DNA of 64,000 bases from Gammaproteobacteria bacterium (GTDB lineage: Bacteria > Pseudomonadota > Gammaproteobacteria > Francisellales > Francisellaceae), in the NCBI GenBank assembly GCA_963582935.1, contig CAUZSH010000001.1, positions 9,880 through 73,879 of the forward strand, given 5' to 3'. A program made the position numbers and the translations under genes. Within the stretch, counting starts at the first letter, position 1, and every line of letters starts with the position of its first letter. Under the pieces are notes generated by a model, which searched no databases, was not told where the DNA came from, and was given only the letters and a program-made list of their open reading frames with translations. This document shows positions 34,208 through 45,352 of this stretch, one piece after another.

Positions 34208-34864
34208 ATGTCTTATTTTGAAATTTCACTCATCGCCATTGGGTACCTGTTTGGATCCATTAATAGCGCAATCCTTATCTGTAAAGTACTCAGACTACCA
34301 TCACCGCGCACCATTGGCTCAGGAAACCCAGGGGCGACAAACGTTCTTAGATTAGGAGGAAAAGGCGCAGCCATTGCAACGCTTGCAGGAGACCTAGCCA
34401 AAGGGCTCGTTCCTGTTTTGATTGCACACTGGTTTGGGATGAGCACACTCATCATTAGTTTAGTGGCACTCGCTGCTGTTATTGGGCATATACTTCCTAT
34501 TTTCTTTGGGTTTAAAGGTGGCAAGGGTGTCGCCACACTAATCGGCGTAATGTTTGGTTTTCATTGGATTCTGGGGTTATTCTTCTTAACCACATGGCTA
34601 ATTATTGCACTCATTACACGCTATTCATCATTTGCCTCCATCATTGCCACCATCGAAGCACCTATTGTTGTATATTTTTTCTTTGGTGAAAACCCAAGCT
34701 TTGTGTTCATTATCCTCGCACTGATTGTGATGATCCGACATAAGGACAATATTCAGCGTTTGGTTGCAGGCACCGAAAGCAAACTAGGCAAAAAATTAAA
34801 GAAAAAGCCGAAAGTGAAAAAATCAACAGTCAACGATGCGCAAGAAATATCCGAAATAAAGTAG
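34208..34864 (+). CDS. plsY: Glycerol-3-phosphate acyltransferase PlsY
   Basis: Motifs FGSINSA, GSGNPGATNVLR and GGKGVAT. The ATG at 34208 is preferred. A Lys-rich C-terminal tail of about 30 aa is present. Confidence 0.92.
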   Translation: MSYFEISLIAIGYLFGSINSAILICKVLRLPSPRTIGSGNPGATNVLRLGGKGAAIATLAGDLAKGLVPVLIAHWFGMSTLIISLVALAAVIGHILPIFFGFKGGKGVATLIGVMFGFHWILGLFFLTTWLIIALITRYSSFASIIATIEAPIVVYFFFGENPSFVFIILALIVMIRHKDNIQRLVAGTESKLGKKLKKKPKVKKSTVNDAQEISEIK

Positions 34865-34916
34865 TTACATATAAATATCATTAATAAAACAGTCAAATTT
34901 ATAAAGGGCAAGCGAA

Positions 34917-35873
34917 ATGATCATAGTTACAGGTGGCGCAGGATTTATTGGTAGCAATATTGTTAAACAACTTAATGCACGCGGTCGCAAAGACATCTTA
35001 GTCGTGGATGATCTTAAAGATGGTACGAAATTCTTTAACCTTGTGGATTGCGATATTTTTGATTATCAAGACAAGCATGATTTCCTTGAAGACATCTTAA
35101 CGGGTGAAATCAATCCTGATGATATAGATACAATATTCCATGAAGGCGCTTGCTCTGCCACTACTGAGTGGGATGGCGAGTATGTCATGAAGAATAACTA
35201 TGAATATTCAAAACACCTTTTACATTTTTGTATGGGAAATGAAATTCCTTTCCTCTATGCCTCTAGCGCCGCGACTTACGGTAATAGCGATACTTTTGTC
35301 GAAGAGCGTCAATATGAAAAGCCTGTCAATGTCTATGGCTATTCAAAATTTCAATTCGATGAATACGTCCGCAATATGTTACCGCATGCCACAAGCCAAA
35401 TTGTTGGTTTTAAATACTTTAATGTCTATGGTCCACGAGAACAGCATAAAGGCAGCATGGCAAGTGTCCCCTTTCACCATTTCCAACAAATGAGAAAAGG
35501 CAGTCTCATTAAGCTATTTGGTCCTTATGGTGGATACGAAGCAGGTGAACAACGCCGTGACTTTGTCTATGTCGGTGATATTGTTGCCACCAATTTATGG
35601 TTTTTAGACCACCCAGATCAATCTGGTATCTTTAACCTAGGAACTGGGAGAAGTCAGCCTTTCAATGACATTGCTCATGCGATTATTGACTGGTTTGGGC
35701 GCGGAACCGTTGAATATATCGAGTTCCCAGAACACCTTAAAGGTCATTACCAATGTTTTACAGAGGCGGACTTAACCAGGCTACGTACAACGGGTTGTGA
35801 TGTAACCTTTAAAAATGTGGCTGAAGGTATTAAATGCTACCTTGATTGGCTAGACCAACAACACCATATCTGA
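34917..35873 (+). CDS. hldD: ADP-L-glycero-D-manno-heptose-6-epimerase
   Basis: 318 aa, near-colinear with E. coli Hld[47 protein letters not shown], and GSMASV. Confidence 0.96.
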   Translation: MIIVTGGAGFIGSNIVKQLNARGRKDILVVDDLKDGTKFFNLVDCDIFDYQDKHDFLEDILTGEINPDDIDTIFHEGACSATTEWDGEYVMKNNYEYSKHLLHFCMGNEIPFLYASSAATYGNSDTFVEERQYEKPVNVYGYSKFQFDEYVRNMLPHATSQIVGFKYFNVYGPREQHKGSMASVPFHHFQQMRKGSLIKLFGPYGGYEAGEQRRDFVYVGDIVATNLWFLDHPDQSGIFNLGTGRSQPFNDIAHAIIDWFGRGTVEYIEFPEHLKGHYQCFTEADLTRLRTTGCDVTFKNVAEGIKCYLDWLDQQHHI

Positions 35874-35881
35874 TTCACCTA

Positions 35882-37171
35882 ATGATTTATCGGCTCATTT
35901 ATAATCTCTTTTTTATTCTGGCACTGCCCTTTGTGGTCTTAAAACTTTTTTCACGTGCTAAAAAGAACCCTGATTACAAAAAAAGAATTCTTGAGCGGTT
36001 TGGATTATCACCCTTTAAATTACCACAATCTATTTGGATACACTCTGTTTCAGTGGGCGAAAGTATCGCCATTGCCCCATTGGTCAAAAAACTGATTGAA
36101 GAAAATCCCAATATGCCTTTTGTGATTACCACCATGACCCCCACAGGCAGTGTTGAGGTACAAAAACTTTACCAATCCTATGACAATGTGCATCACTGCT
36201 ACCTGCCTTATGACCTCAGCTTATTGATGTACCTATTAATTTATCGCATTAAACCCATTGCGCTCATTATTATGGAAACTGAGCTTTGGCCTTCTTTACT
36301 ACACAGTTGTAAAGCAATGAAAATCCCCGTGATCTTAACCAATGCAAGGCTCTCCGAAAGATCAGCAAAAGGCTATCAAAAAATATCTTTTATCATCAAA
36401 GCAATGCTCCATGATATTGCCTATATTTCAGCGCAAACCCAAGCAGACTACGACCGCTTTACGGCACTTGGAATGCCAAAACAAAAAATATCTGTCACGG
36501 GTAATTTAAAATATGACATTGCTATCACGGAGACACAACAGAAGCTAGGGCAACACTTCAAAGCAGGCTTTGGAAAAAGAAAAATATGGATCGCCGCCAG
36601 CACTCATGAAGGCGAAGATGGTATTATTTTAAAAGCCCACTTGGCATTATTAAAGGAATACCCTGAAACATTATTGATCCTTGTCCCAAGGCATCCAGAG
36701 CGATTCAATCAAATCTACGAGCTTGCGTTGACTTATGGCTTGAAAACCCAAAAGCGCTCAGAATTCATTGAAGATGACATTTGCCTTTCTGCTAATACCC
36801 AAGCTCTAATCGGCGACTCTATGGGTGAAATGATGGCATATTATTATACCTCTGACATTGCATTAGTCGGCGGGAGTTTGATCAATCATGGTGGTCACAA
36901 TCTCTTAGAACCCGCATCACTTGGCAAGCCTACATTAACGGGTCCTTACACTTTTAATTTTGAGGCGGTGACTAAAATGCTCGTGGAGAATCATGCCACA
37001 ATCATTGTTCATGATGAAAGAGATTTATCTCAACAGCTAATTACCTTATATTCAGATCCAAAAACATACCAAGAAATGTCTGAAAACGCAGTCAAAACTG
37101 TTAAATCGAATCAAGGCGCACTGCAAAAACAACAAGCCATTATTCAAAGATTTATCAAGACCAAGGAATAA
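35882..37171 (+). CDS. waaA: 3-deoxy-D-manno-octulosonic acid (Kdo) transferase
   Basis: N-terminal membrane anchor, WIHSVSVGES, and GGSLINHGGHNLLEPA. The ATG at 35882 just after the hldD stop is preferred over the overlapping tracked start. Confidence 0.9.
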   Translation: MIYRLIYNLFFILALPFVVLKLFSRAKKNPDYKKRILERFGLSPFKLPQSIWIHSVSVGESIAIAPLVKKLIEENPNMPFVITTMTPTGSVEVQKLYQSYDNVHHCYLPYDLSLLMYLLIYRIKPIALIIMETELWPSLLHSCKAMKIPVILTNARLSERSAKGYQKISFIIKAMLHDIAYISAQTQADYDRFTALGMPKQKISVTGNLKYDIAITETQQKLGQHFKAGFGKRKIWIAASTHEGEDGIILKAHLALLKEYPETLLILVPRHPERFNQIYELALTYGLKTQKRSEFIEDDICLSANTQALIGDSMGEMMAYYYTSDIALVGGSLINHGGHNLLEPASLGKPTLTGPYTFNFEAVTKMLVENHATIIVHDERDLSQQLITLYSDPKTYQEMSENAVKTVKSNQGALQKQQAIIQRFIKTKE

Positions 37172-37178
37172 AGTCATT

Positions 37179-38069
37179 ATGTCAGGGAACCCATTTTCAG
37201 CCCAAAAAGAACGATGTGAATCTTTCTTAAAAAGTTATCTTTCTCAACAGGTCATCACTTCTGACCGCCTAACGTCGGCTATGCATTACAGCCTGCTCAA
37301 TGGGGGAAAACGAGTGCGGGCAACCTTGGTTTATATTACGGGTGAGATATTTGAAACCTCCCCGCTTGCGCAAGACCACATTGCGATTGCCTTAGAAATG
37401 ATCCATGCCTTTTCTTTGATCCATGATGATTTACCCGCAATGGACGATGATAAATTAAGGCGTGGAAAACCTACCTGCCATATAGCTTATGATGAAGCAA
37501 CCGCAATTCTTGCAGGGGATGCATTACAAATGCTTGCCTTTGAAGTGCTAGCAGATATTCCCCAAAATGAATTTAAAAACCCCATGCAATTAATCCAAGC
37601 CATTAAAACACTCGCCATTGCTACAGGTTATAATGGAATGACGGCTGGACAAATGTTAGATCTACAGGCTGAAGGACAGACACTTTCTACTGACGCGCTG
37701 GAAAATATACACCGGCATAAAACAGGAGCGTTAATTAAAGCGGCAATTATAATCCCGTTTATTCTATCTGATCAATACAGCGATGAGGTGATGCCTCACT
37801 TGGCAACCTTTGCGGAATTAATCGGATTAGCTTTTCAGATTCAAGATGATATTTTGGATATTACCACTTCCACTGAGATATTAGGGAAACAGGCTAATCG
37901 GGATATTGAACTTGAAAAATCCACTTATCCTGCACTCTTGGGACTAGAGCCTGCGAAAGCATATTTAGAAGAAACTTATGAGAAAGCGATTCAGGCGTTA
38001 CAGAATATCCCTCGTGATACGAGTACGCTACAGGAGATTGCGGGTTATATTGTTCACCGGAGAAATTAA
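37179..38069 (+). CDS. ispA: Farnesyl diphosphate synthase
   Basis: 296 aa. First Asp-rich motif [12 protein letters not shown] and second motif FQIQDDILD. Confidence 0.94.
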   Translation: MSGNPFSAQKERCESFLKSYLSQQVITSDRLTSAMHYSLLNGGKRVRATLVYITGEIFETSPLAQDHIAIALEMIHAFSLIHDDLPAMDDDKLRRGKPTCHIAYDEATAILAGDALQMLAFEVLADIPQNEFKNPMQLIQAIKTLAIATGYNGMTAGQMLDLQAEGQTLSTDALENIHRHKTGALIKAAIIIPFILSDQYSDEVMPHLATFAELIGLAFQIQDDILDITTSTEILGKQANRDIELEKSTYPALLGLEPAKAYLEETYEKAIQALQNIPRDTSTLQEIAGYIVHRRN

Positions 38070-38743
38070 GCCACTCCCCAATCGATCTCAGAGCGCCCTT
38101 TTTCTTCTAAATAAGCATTACATTTAGAAAAATGTCCACACCCCAAAAATCCTCGATATGCAGACAAAGGTGAAGGGTGTGCTGACTCCAAAACAAGATG
38201 CTTACGCTCATCAATCATATTGGACTTCTTACGTGCGTGACCACCCCACAATAAAAATACCACACCATCTAGACTTTCATTAATTTTCTTGATCACAGCA
38301 TCGGTGAAAATTTCCCACCCTTTTCCAGCATGTGAATATGCCTGATGAGCTTCAACGGTAAGCGTTGTATTCATTAATAAAACACCTTGGGCTGCCCAAG
38401 AAGTTAAATCACCATTTTTAGGTAGCGGCAATCCCACATCTGTGTGTAATTCCTTATAGATATTTTTTAAGGATGGAGGAACGGGAACTCCAGCCTGCAC
38501 AGAAAAAGCCAAGCCATGCGCTTGATTAACGCCATGATAAGGGTCTTGTCCCAATATCACGACTTTTAAATCGTTTAGAGGCGTGTATTTAAAAGCATTG
38601 AATACATCCTGTTTTTCTGGAAAAATTTGTTTGCCCTTTTGTCGCTCACTTTCCACAAAATGCATCACTCTCTTGAAGTAATCCTTTGTTTTCTCTTCTG
38701 CCAAAAGATCCGCCCAAATTAATGATTTATTGCTCATATCCAC
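38066..38743 (-). CDS. ung: Uracil-DNA glycosylase
   Basis: 225 aa. Motifs GQDPYHG, and HPSPLSA. Confidence 0.96.
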   Translation of the reverse strand: MDMSNKSLIWADLLAEEKTKDYFKRVMHFVESERQKGKQIFPEKQDVFNAFKYTPLNDLKVVILGQDPYHGVNQAHGLAFSVQAGVPVPPSLKNIYKELHTDVGLPLPKNGDLTSWAAQGVLLMNTTLTVEAHQAYSHAGKGWEIFTDAVIKKINESLDGVVFLLWGGHARKKSNMIDERKHLVLESAHPSPLSAYRGFLGCGHFSKCNAYLEEKGRSEIDWGVA

Positions 38744-38749
38744 ATTTCT

Positions 38750-39253
38750 TTAATAGGCATCTACACTTAATTCAGCAGCCATCCTAAACCATTGCGCCGA
38801 CTCAGTATAATTCACTTTTGTGTCATCTATTCCAAAAAAGTACTTAACGCCTCTTGCAATCGCCGCATCATTATAACTATTTGGATGTATTGCTTGATAA
38901 TACCAAAGTGCCGCAGCTTTCATGTTTTGAGTACGCCCTAAACCAAACTCATTCAAATAACCTACAATCAAAATCGCCTGAGGACTTCCTGCCATCGCAT
39001 AAGGCTCAAGGATTTTATAGGTTTGTGGATAGTTTTCACTCTTAAAGAATGAAACGCCCATTTCAAATTCACCATATTGAACACCCGCAACAGGAATCAT
39101 TTCTCGGAAAACAACAACTTGCGATTGCATCTTTTGTTCATAGTTTGGGAAGTCTGAAGTATGTATTTGATGACGCTGCTCTACCACTATCGCTGTAATA
39201 ATGACCACAACAAGAATGCCAACAATTAGCAAAATTTTTCGAGTATTCAACAT
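38750..39253 (-). CDS. Membrane-anchored Sel1-like repeat (SLR/TPR) protein
   Basis: 167 aa. N-terminal TM anchor followed by 2-3 SLR units (for example AMAGSPQAILIVGYLNEFGLGRTQNMKAAALWYYQA and TESAQWFRMAAE). Confidence 0.7.
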   Translation of the reverse strand: MLNTRKILLIVGILVVVIITAIVVEQRHQIHTSDFPNYEQKMQSQVVVFREMIPVAGVQYGEFEMGVSFFKSENYPQTYKILEPYAMAGSPQAILIVGYLNEFGLGRTQNMKAAALWYYQAIHPNSYNDAAIARGVKYFFGIDDTKVNYTESAQWFRMAAELSVDAY

Positions 39254-39415
39254 AAAAAAAGCATGAGCCTTGCTCTATTAAACATTATTCGAAATATTGT
39301 CACACTTTTTTTGTCTGGAATAAACATAAACTAACGATTCCATAAAATTAATGCCTCCCCCATTGGTTAAATACAGAAAAAGATCGTAAGCTTAGGAAAA
39401 CCATCGAATACTCTG

Positions 39416-40282
39416 ATGCCCATGCCGTTTTTTGACAGCCTTACTTCCATTAGCCTATTTTTCTTAATCGTCATCATTGGGCTATGTGTGGGCAGTTTTC
39501 TAAATGTGGTCATCTATCGACTTCCCATCATGCTAAAGGCGGAATGGCGCGAAGCCTGTGCTAAAGTTTTTGATGACGTCAATCTCGCGCCCGCAAAAAA
39601 AATATCTGTTTCATTGCCAGCATCCCACTGCCCAAGTTGCCAACATCCATTAAAACCTTGGCATAACATTCCATTAATTAGTTACTTTTGCTTAAAAGGA
39701 AAGTGTGCCTTTTGCAAAACAGACATACATTGGCAATATCCTCTAATTGAAGCTATCTCAGGGGTATTTGCATTTTTCACCTTCATTACATTTGGCTTAA
39801 CGCCTACATTTGGCTTTGCACTTGTTTTCTGTTGGCTATTAATCGTCTTAAGTGCTATTGACCTAAAAACCAAATATCTTCCTGACAATCTTACTTTATC
39901 GCTGCTATGGTTAGGATTAATTGCCAATTATTTTGGGTATTTTGTAGACCTTCACACTGCCGTGTTAGGGGTAATATTTGGCTATGGTGTACTATGGCTT
40001 TTCTTTCAAGGCTTCAAACTTCTCACTGGCAAAGAAGGTATGGGATATGGTGACTTTAAACTTTTGGCCGCTTTGGGCGCATGGTTTGGCTGGCAATCAT
40101 TGGTACTTATTTTAATGCTTAGTTGCATCATTGGCATTATCAGCGCCTTAATTTTCTACCGAAATGCCAAAGATGACGAATCAAAAATGATTCCATTTGG
40201 TCCTTATTTATCTATCGCAGGCATCGTGTATTTATTTTTCGGCACACAAATTTTACAGTGGTATAGCGCATGGATGTTTTAA
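39416..40282 (+). CDS. pilD: Prepilin peptidase / N-methyltransferase
   Basis: 288 aa. Cys-rich N-methyltransferase region (CPSCQH...CAFC) and the A24 peptidase Asp motifs (SAIDLKT; GMGYGDFKLLAALGAW). Confidence 0.93.
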   Translation: MPMPFFDSLTSISLFFLIVIIGLCVGSFLNVVIYRLPIMLKAEWREACAKVFDDVNLAPAKKISVSLPASHCPSCQHPLKPWHNIPLISYFCLKGKCAFCKTDIHWQYPLIEAISGVFAFFTFITFGLTPTFGFALVFCWLLIVLSAIDLKTKYLPDNLTLSLLWLGLIANYFGYFVDLHTAVLGVIFGYGVLWLFFQGFKLLTGKEGMGYGDFKLLAALGAWFGWQSLVLILMLSCIIGIISALIFYRNAKDDESKMIPFGPYLSIAGIVYLFFGTQILQWYSAWMF

Positions 40283-42909
40283 TCACCCCCAAATATATTC
40301 GCCAACAACTCCAAGACCCAACGCTTAACACTCACCAGAGCTTGCAGAAAATATTTACGGATAGTCGAGAAATCGCAATTCAACGCTACCTTGATAACCC
40401 CTATTACACACTGCGTATTATGCATAAACAAAGAATTCAAATTGACTGTGCTTTAAGAACCATTTTCCCAAATCAAAAAGGGCTGTGTCTGGTGGCAATC
40501 GGTGGATATGGGCGAGGGGAGCTTTATCCTTATTCAGACTTAGATATTTTAATCTTGCTCAAAGAGCATGACCAAAAGTTAGAGGAGCGAACTCAAAGCT
40601 TCATGCAAACCATATGGAATGCAGGCTACAAAATCGGGCATAGCGTCCGCACCACCCAAGAAATACTCACTGATGCGACTGCAGATAGCCACCTACTCAC
40701 CGCGATTATTGAATCTCGTCTTATTTCAGGAGACAAATCTCTTTTTCGTAAATTCACAAAGAGACTCTTCCAATCTCCACCCATTTCTCACCAACAATTT
40801 TTTAGTGATAAATACCGTGAGCAAAAATTACGTGACCAAAAGTACACCGTCACCTTAGAGCCTAATATTAAAAAAAACCCTGGTAACTTACGATACATTC
40901 ATATTCTTATGTGGCTCTTAGAGTATTTTCTTAATAAATTTACTCTAAAAGACTTTATCGCCATTGGCATTGTCACTGAAGCGGAACACCATGAAATACA
41001 AGAAATTCATAACACACTTAGAATGATTCGCTATGGTTTGCATGCCTTATCAAACCGCGCTGAAGACCGACTTCTTTCTACTTATCAAAAAGAATTGGCA
41101 ACTCTGTTTGGCTATCATGCTGATGATCATAACAGTATTATTCAAGTCTTTATGCAAGACTATTACCAAGTCACCCAGAGACTTATTTTACTCAATAAAA
41201 TCGTCTTAGCGGCCATCACTGAGCATGTATTTGTAAATAATAAAAATCCTGATATAGAAAAATATAATGACCTTTTTTCAAGAAAACATCTTCTCCTAGA
41301 GATTACTGCCACAAACTTTAAAGATAACCCTGCCAATATCCTTAAATTATTCCTATGTGTATGCCAACACCCAGAAATCATGGCACTCAGCTCACATACG
41401 CTAAGGACATTAAGAGAAACCATCGCACAATATCCTTGTGAAGTACTGCGTGAAAACACTGAAATAAAAAAGCTTTTCATTGAAATTTTTCAACAAGATC
41501 ACTTAATTGTCAAACAACTCCAGAACTTATTATCCCTAGGCTTTTTAGATAAATACGTCCCGCATTTTTCGACCATTAACGGACTAATGCAATTTGACCT
41601 GTACCACATCCACTCTGTTGACCAACATACCTTAATGGTGATCAAAAATTTACGCACTATTGCCTTGGGAGATTTTATAAGTGATGCAACGCTCTATCGA
41701 CAAATATTCAGCGAAATAGATCAGCCTTATCTGCTTTACTTAGCAGGATTTTTTCACGACATTGGGAAAGGGAGTGGACAGAATCATGCTAAATTTGGGG
41801 CGGCAATCGCATGGGAATTTTGCAACAATCATAACCTTAAACCAGAAGATAGCGAATTGGTTCGGTGGTTGGTGGAACAACATTTATTTTTTTCAAAAAC
41901 GACAAAAACCAAAGATATTTACGATAATGAAGTCATTCGTGATTTTTGTATAGAGGTCAATAGTATCCGCAAATTAAACTACCTCACACTACTTACGGCT
42001 GCAGACGCTCAAGCAACGAATCCAAAACTTTGGAATGACTGGAGCATTTCTTTAACTCATTCTCTTTATCTCATTGCCAGAAGCACACTTGAAAATCCAT
42101 CCTCACACCCCATTAAGGATCAAAATAAAATGGAAACAAAACAAACCAAGGAGTTAATTTTACAAAGAGGGAAATATTCTGACACCCAGAAAGAAACACT
42201 TACTGAGCTTTGGAAGCATTGGCCTGAAAAATATTTTTTGTCTCAGTCACGAACGACGATCAATTGGCATATTGAACATATCCTGCCAAATCCCTACCCT
42301 GAAGACACACTTTTCTTTGCAAGATTCAACTTCCGCATTAAACAATGTGAAGTCACGATATATTCCCCCATGTTTCGCTATTTATTTACAAATGTTACTG
42401 CCGCGTTAGATCAAGTAAATTTGCAAGTGATGGAAGCTAGAATTTATACCATTAATAGCCCTTCTTCCACTAAGCAATATTCCCTAAGCCAATACATCGT
42501 CACACATGACGGTGCTTCAATTAAAGATAAGCAACAAATTCAAGGTATTGCTCAAATTCTCACACAACACCTTCAAAAATTCAAGCCCATTGACGCTCTT
42601 GCACCAAAGGCTTCAAGTATTCGCCGTTCAAAAGAATACGACTATCAAACGATCGTCAATACTGAAAATCCTGAGGGTAAGAATTACACCATACTCTCCG
42701 TGCATAGCATGGATAAACATGGGTTATTGGCACGCGTTGCATATGTTATCGGGCTGTTTAACCTATACGTACGACATGCCAAAATTAACACCTTGGCAGA
42801 TAAAGCCGAAGATTATTTTTATGTCAACAATATGGAACATATTCGAATCACCGATGCAGAAACATTGACCGCCCTCAAAACTGCCGTACATAATGCAATA
42901 ACAACCTAG
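40270..42909 (+). CDS. glnD: Bifunctional [protein-PII] uridylyltransferase/uridylyl-removing enzyme
   Basis: 879 aa. NTase motif GGYGRGELYPYSDLDILIL, HD domain (GFFHDIGKG), and two C-terminal ACT-like domains. Confidence 0.93.
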   Translation: MDVLITPKYIRQQLQDPTLNTHQSLQKIFTDSREIAIQRYLDNPYYTLRIMHKQRIQIDCALRTIFPNQKGLCLVAIGGYGRGELYPYSDLDILILLKEHDQKLEERTQSFMQTIWNAGYKIGHSVRTTQEILTDATADSHLLTAIIESRLISGDKSLFRKFTKRLFQSPPISHQQFFSDKYREQKLRDQKYTVTLEPNIKKNPGNLRYIHILMWLLEYFLNKFTLKDFIAIGIVTEAEHHEIQEIHNTLRMIRYGLHALSNRAEDRLLSTYQKELATLFGYHADDHNSIIQVFMQDYYQVTQRLILLNKIVLAAITEHVFVNNKNPDIEKYNDLFSRKHLLLEITATNFKDNPANILKLFLCVCQHPEIMALSSHTLRTLRETIAQYPCEVLRENTEIKKLFIEIFQQDHLIVKQLQNLLSLGFLDKYVPHFSTINGLMQFDLYHIHSVDQHTLMVIKNLRTIALGDFISDATLYRQIFSEIDQPYLLYLAGFFHDIGKGSGQNHAKFGAAIAWEFCNNHNLKPEDSELVRWLVEQHLFFSKTTKTKDIYDNEVIRDFCIEVNSIRKLNYLTLLTAADAQATNPKLWNDWSISLTHSLYLIARSTLENPSSHPIKDQNKMETKQTKELILQRGKYSDTQKETLTELWKHWPEKYFLSQSRTTINWHIEHILPNPYPEDTLFFARFNFRIKQCEVTIYSPMFRYLFTNVTAALDQVNLQVMEARIYTINSPSSTKQYSLSQYIVTHDGASIKDKQQIQGIAQILTQHLQKFKPIDALAPKASSIRRSKEYDYQTIVNTENPEGKNYTILSVHSMDKHGLLARVAYVIGLFNLYVRHAKINTLADKAEDYFYVNNMEHIRITDAETLTALKTAVHNAITT

Positions 42910-42965
42910 CATTGTAGAGTGTGATTGATTACCCTTTTTAACAGCAATGATTTTAGGAAACAACC

Positions 42966-43796
42966 ATGGGAATAAAACTTAAACACCTACTTTTAATTAC
43001 AGTTTTTTCTGCCACTGGCGCTTTGATTGTTGGTTGCTCCAGCTCTAACGAAAGCAGCGCCACAAGCCATAACTCAGATGCGGCAAAGGCCTTAATTCAG
43101 AAAATCACCAACAAACAAATTACCATCAATCAAACCTTTGATTCTCCTGCAGGACTATATGGTTTTGTGGTTACGGCGGACAATGGGCAAGAAGGTATTA
43201 TTTACACTACAAAAGATGGGAAATACATTATTAATGGGCAAATTTTAGATGCCGACGGTAATCTCACGCAAAAAGATTTTGAAAAATATATAGAACCAAA
43301 AGCCACAGAGCTTGCTTATGACAGTGTTCGACATACCGACTACATACAGCAAGGATCAGATGATGCTAAGCATAAAATATATATCGTCGTCGATCCAAAC
43401 TGCAGCGCTTGCCATACTGCTTATATTCTTCTGCAAGATGCCATTAAAAATAATGATCTTGCCGTTAGATGGGTGGTGGTTGGAATAATCAAGCCCTCTA
43501 GCCCCGCCAAGGCCATGGCAATATTAACCAGTAAAAAACCTCTGCAGTCGATGGCAACGAACGAAAATAAATTCAATACCGCTACAGAACAAGGTGCCAT
43601 CACCCCACTTTTAAACCCGTCAGAAGAGGCAAAACAACAGCTCGCTAAAAACATGAATTTTATGCAGAAGGCTAAAATCATGGCAACCCCCGTTTTTATT
43701 TATCAAACAAAATCGGGTGTGAAAAAACTTATCAAGGGCTTACCTCAAACAGCTTCCAGTGAAACCATTTACAACAATGCCAGCAACCAATGGTAA
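42966..43796 (+). CDS. DsbC/DsbG-family thiol:disulfide interchange protein, predicted lipoprotein
   Basis: 276 aa. Lipobox LIVGC, an N-terminal dimerisation-like domain, and a thioredoxin fold with the CxxC motif VVDPNCSACH. Confidence 0.8.
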   Translation: MGIKLKHLLLITVFSATGALIVGCSSSNESSATSHNSDAAKALIQKITNKQITINQTFDSPAGLYGFVVTADNGQEGIIYTTKDGKYIINGQILDADGNLTQKDFEKYIEPKATELAYDSVRHTDYIQQGSDDAKHKIYIVVDPNCSACHTAYILLQDAIKNNDLAVRWVVVGIIKPSSPAKAMAILTSKKPLQSMATNENKFNTATEQGAITPLLNPSEEAKQQLAKNMNFMQKAKIMATPVFIYQTKSGVKKLIKGLPQTASSETIYNNASNQW

Positions 43797-43808
43797 GAAG
43801 GTCTTAAT

Positions 43809-44177
43809 ATGCTGCTGCTTCTAATATATGCCTTTGTGCTACTTGGGTTCTGGGTAAGAGCCTTGCGCATGATACCCGAACATTACCCGAATGCTAAAGA
43901 AGAAGATGTCCTATATTGGAAAGCCACACTAATTCGTGCTTATAAGTTATATGCCATCCTCTATTTTTTTATGATCATCTTCTCTTTAGGTTTGGGCTAT
44001 TTGCTCAATATGGTGACCCGAGCCACACCAGAGATAACATTTACAACAAGCCCCTTATATTTTCAAGCCTCAATTGTTGGCATATCTCTATATGTTACCT
44101 TTTCTCTGATTTTTATCGCAGTAAGAGCCTATAAGCATCATATGCTTGGCAAAGAAATCGGTGTGTACGCACCATGA
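43809..44177 (+). CDS. Hypothetical small membrane protein
   Basis: 122 aa with three predicted TM helices. Its stop overlaps the anmK start by 4 nt. Confidence 0.6.
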   Translation: MLLLLIYAFVLLGFWVRALRMIPEHYPNAKEEDVLYWKATLIRAYKLYAILYFFMIIFSLGLGYLLNMVTRATPEITFTTSPLYFQASIVGISLYVTFSLIFIAVRAYKHHMLGKEIGVYAP

Positions 44178-45292
44178 GTCGCTTATATATCGGTCTAATG
44201 TCCGGCACCAGCCTCGATGCTATTGATGCCATCGCCATTGACTTCAGTGAACCACAACCCAAAATCATCTGTCATCACGACATTGATTATCCAAATGCAA
44301 TTAAATCAGATATTCGAAAGATTTCTCAAAACTCAGGGCAGATTTCCCTACAAACATTAGGTGAGTTAGATTACAAGCTTGGTATTTATTATGCTCAGAT
44401 TGTGAATGAACTCTTGTCCAAGGCAAACCTCAACGCCAAAGACATCACGGCCATTGGCTCACATGGGCAAACTATTTTTCATTCTCCTGCAAAAAAGCAC
44501 CCTTTTTCGATGCAAATTGGAAATGGAAATATTATTGCCGCCAAAACAGGCATTCCCTGCATTACGGACTTTCGAGGTATGGATATAGCCGTGGGTGGTC
44601 AAGGTGCGCCTCTGGCGCCGGCATTTCATCAGGCATTATTTTCCTCCACATCTGAAAATCGTATTATTCTTAATTTAGGCGGAATAGCCAATATCTCTGT
44701 CCTCTCAAAAAGTGGTAGAAACATTATCGGTTATGATACCGGCCCCGCAAATACATTAATGGATGTTTGGGTTCACAAACACCTTGGGAAGAAATATGAC
44801 AAAAATGGACAGTGGACACGCTCAGGAACAATCTACCAACCTTTACTAACAATGTTGCTAGATGACCCTTACTTTGCCCTAAGTCCGCCCAAAAGCACGG
44901 GAACAGAATATTTTCATCTTGCTTGGCTGAATCAAATAATTCAAAAACTGCCGACAACTTTAAATCCTGTCGACATTCAAGCAACATTATGTGAACTCAC
45001 TGCAATAAGTGTGGCAAATGACATCAAAAAACACCTTGTTGATAGTATTTATGTTTGTGGGGGGGGTGCTGAAAATGTCTTTTTATTAGAGCGTATCCAG
45101 CATTTACTACCCCATATAAAAATCACTTCGACCACTGATTTAGGTATTGACTCTCAACTGGTCGAAGCAAGTTGCTTTGCTTGGCTCGCGTACCAATACA
45201 CGCTTAAAAAACCTGGAAATTTGCCGTCTGTTACTGGCGCAAGAATGCCTGCAATCCTTGGAAGCCTTTATTACCCACCAATGGCTATTTAA
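44174..45292 (+). CDS. anmK: Anhydro-N-acetylmuramic acid kinase
   Basis: 372 aa. IGLMSGTSLDAIDA, GSHGQTIFH, and VCGGGAEN. Confidence 0.94.
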   Translation: MSRLYIGLMSGTSLDAIDAIAIDFSEPQPKIICHHDIDYPNAIKSDIRKISQNSGQISLQTLGELDYKLGIYYAQIVNELLSKANLNAKDITAIGSHGQTIFHSPAKKHPFSMQIGNGNIIAAKTGIPCITDFRGMDIAVGGQGAPLAPAFHQALFSSTSENRIILNLGGIANISVLSKSGRNIIGYDTGPANTLMDVWVHKHLGKKYDKNGQWTRSGTIYQPLLTMLLDDPYFALSPPKSTGTEYFHLAWLNQIIQKLPTTLNPVDIQATLCELTAISVANDIKKHLVDSIYVCGGGAENVFLLERIQHLLPHIKITSTTDLGIDSQLVEASCFAWLAYQYTLKKPGNLPSVTGARMPAILGSLYYPPMAI

Positions 45293-45352
45293 CTATCTCG
45301 CCTTAATACGGTATACTTACTCAAAACCTACGAATAAAAGGATGTTGTGCGA

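Noticed and set aside
34765-34864. The Lys-rich C-terminal tail of PlsY (KLGKKLKKKPKVKK...), considered as a separate feature or fused gene.
   Set aside because: It is continuous in frame with plsY and has no independent start or motif. It is most simply a lineage-specific cytoplasmic tail.
45059-45066. A G8 tract inside anmK, considered as a possible phase-variation tract.
   Set aside because: It encodes the conserved CGGGA nucleotide-binding glycines of AnmK. The frame is intact, and a housekeeping recycling enzyme is an unlikely contingency locus. It is only a potential sequencing-error hotspot.
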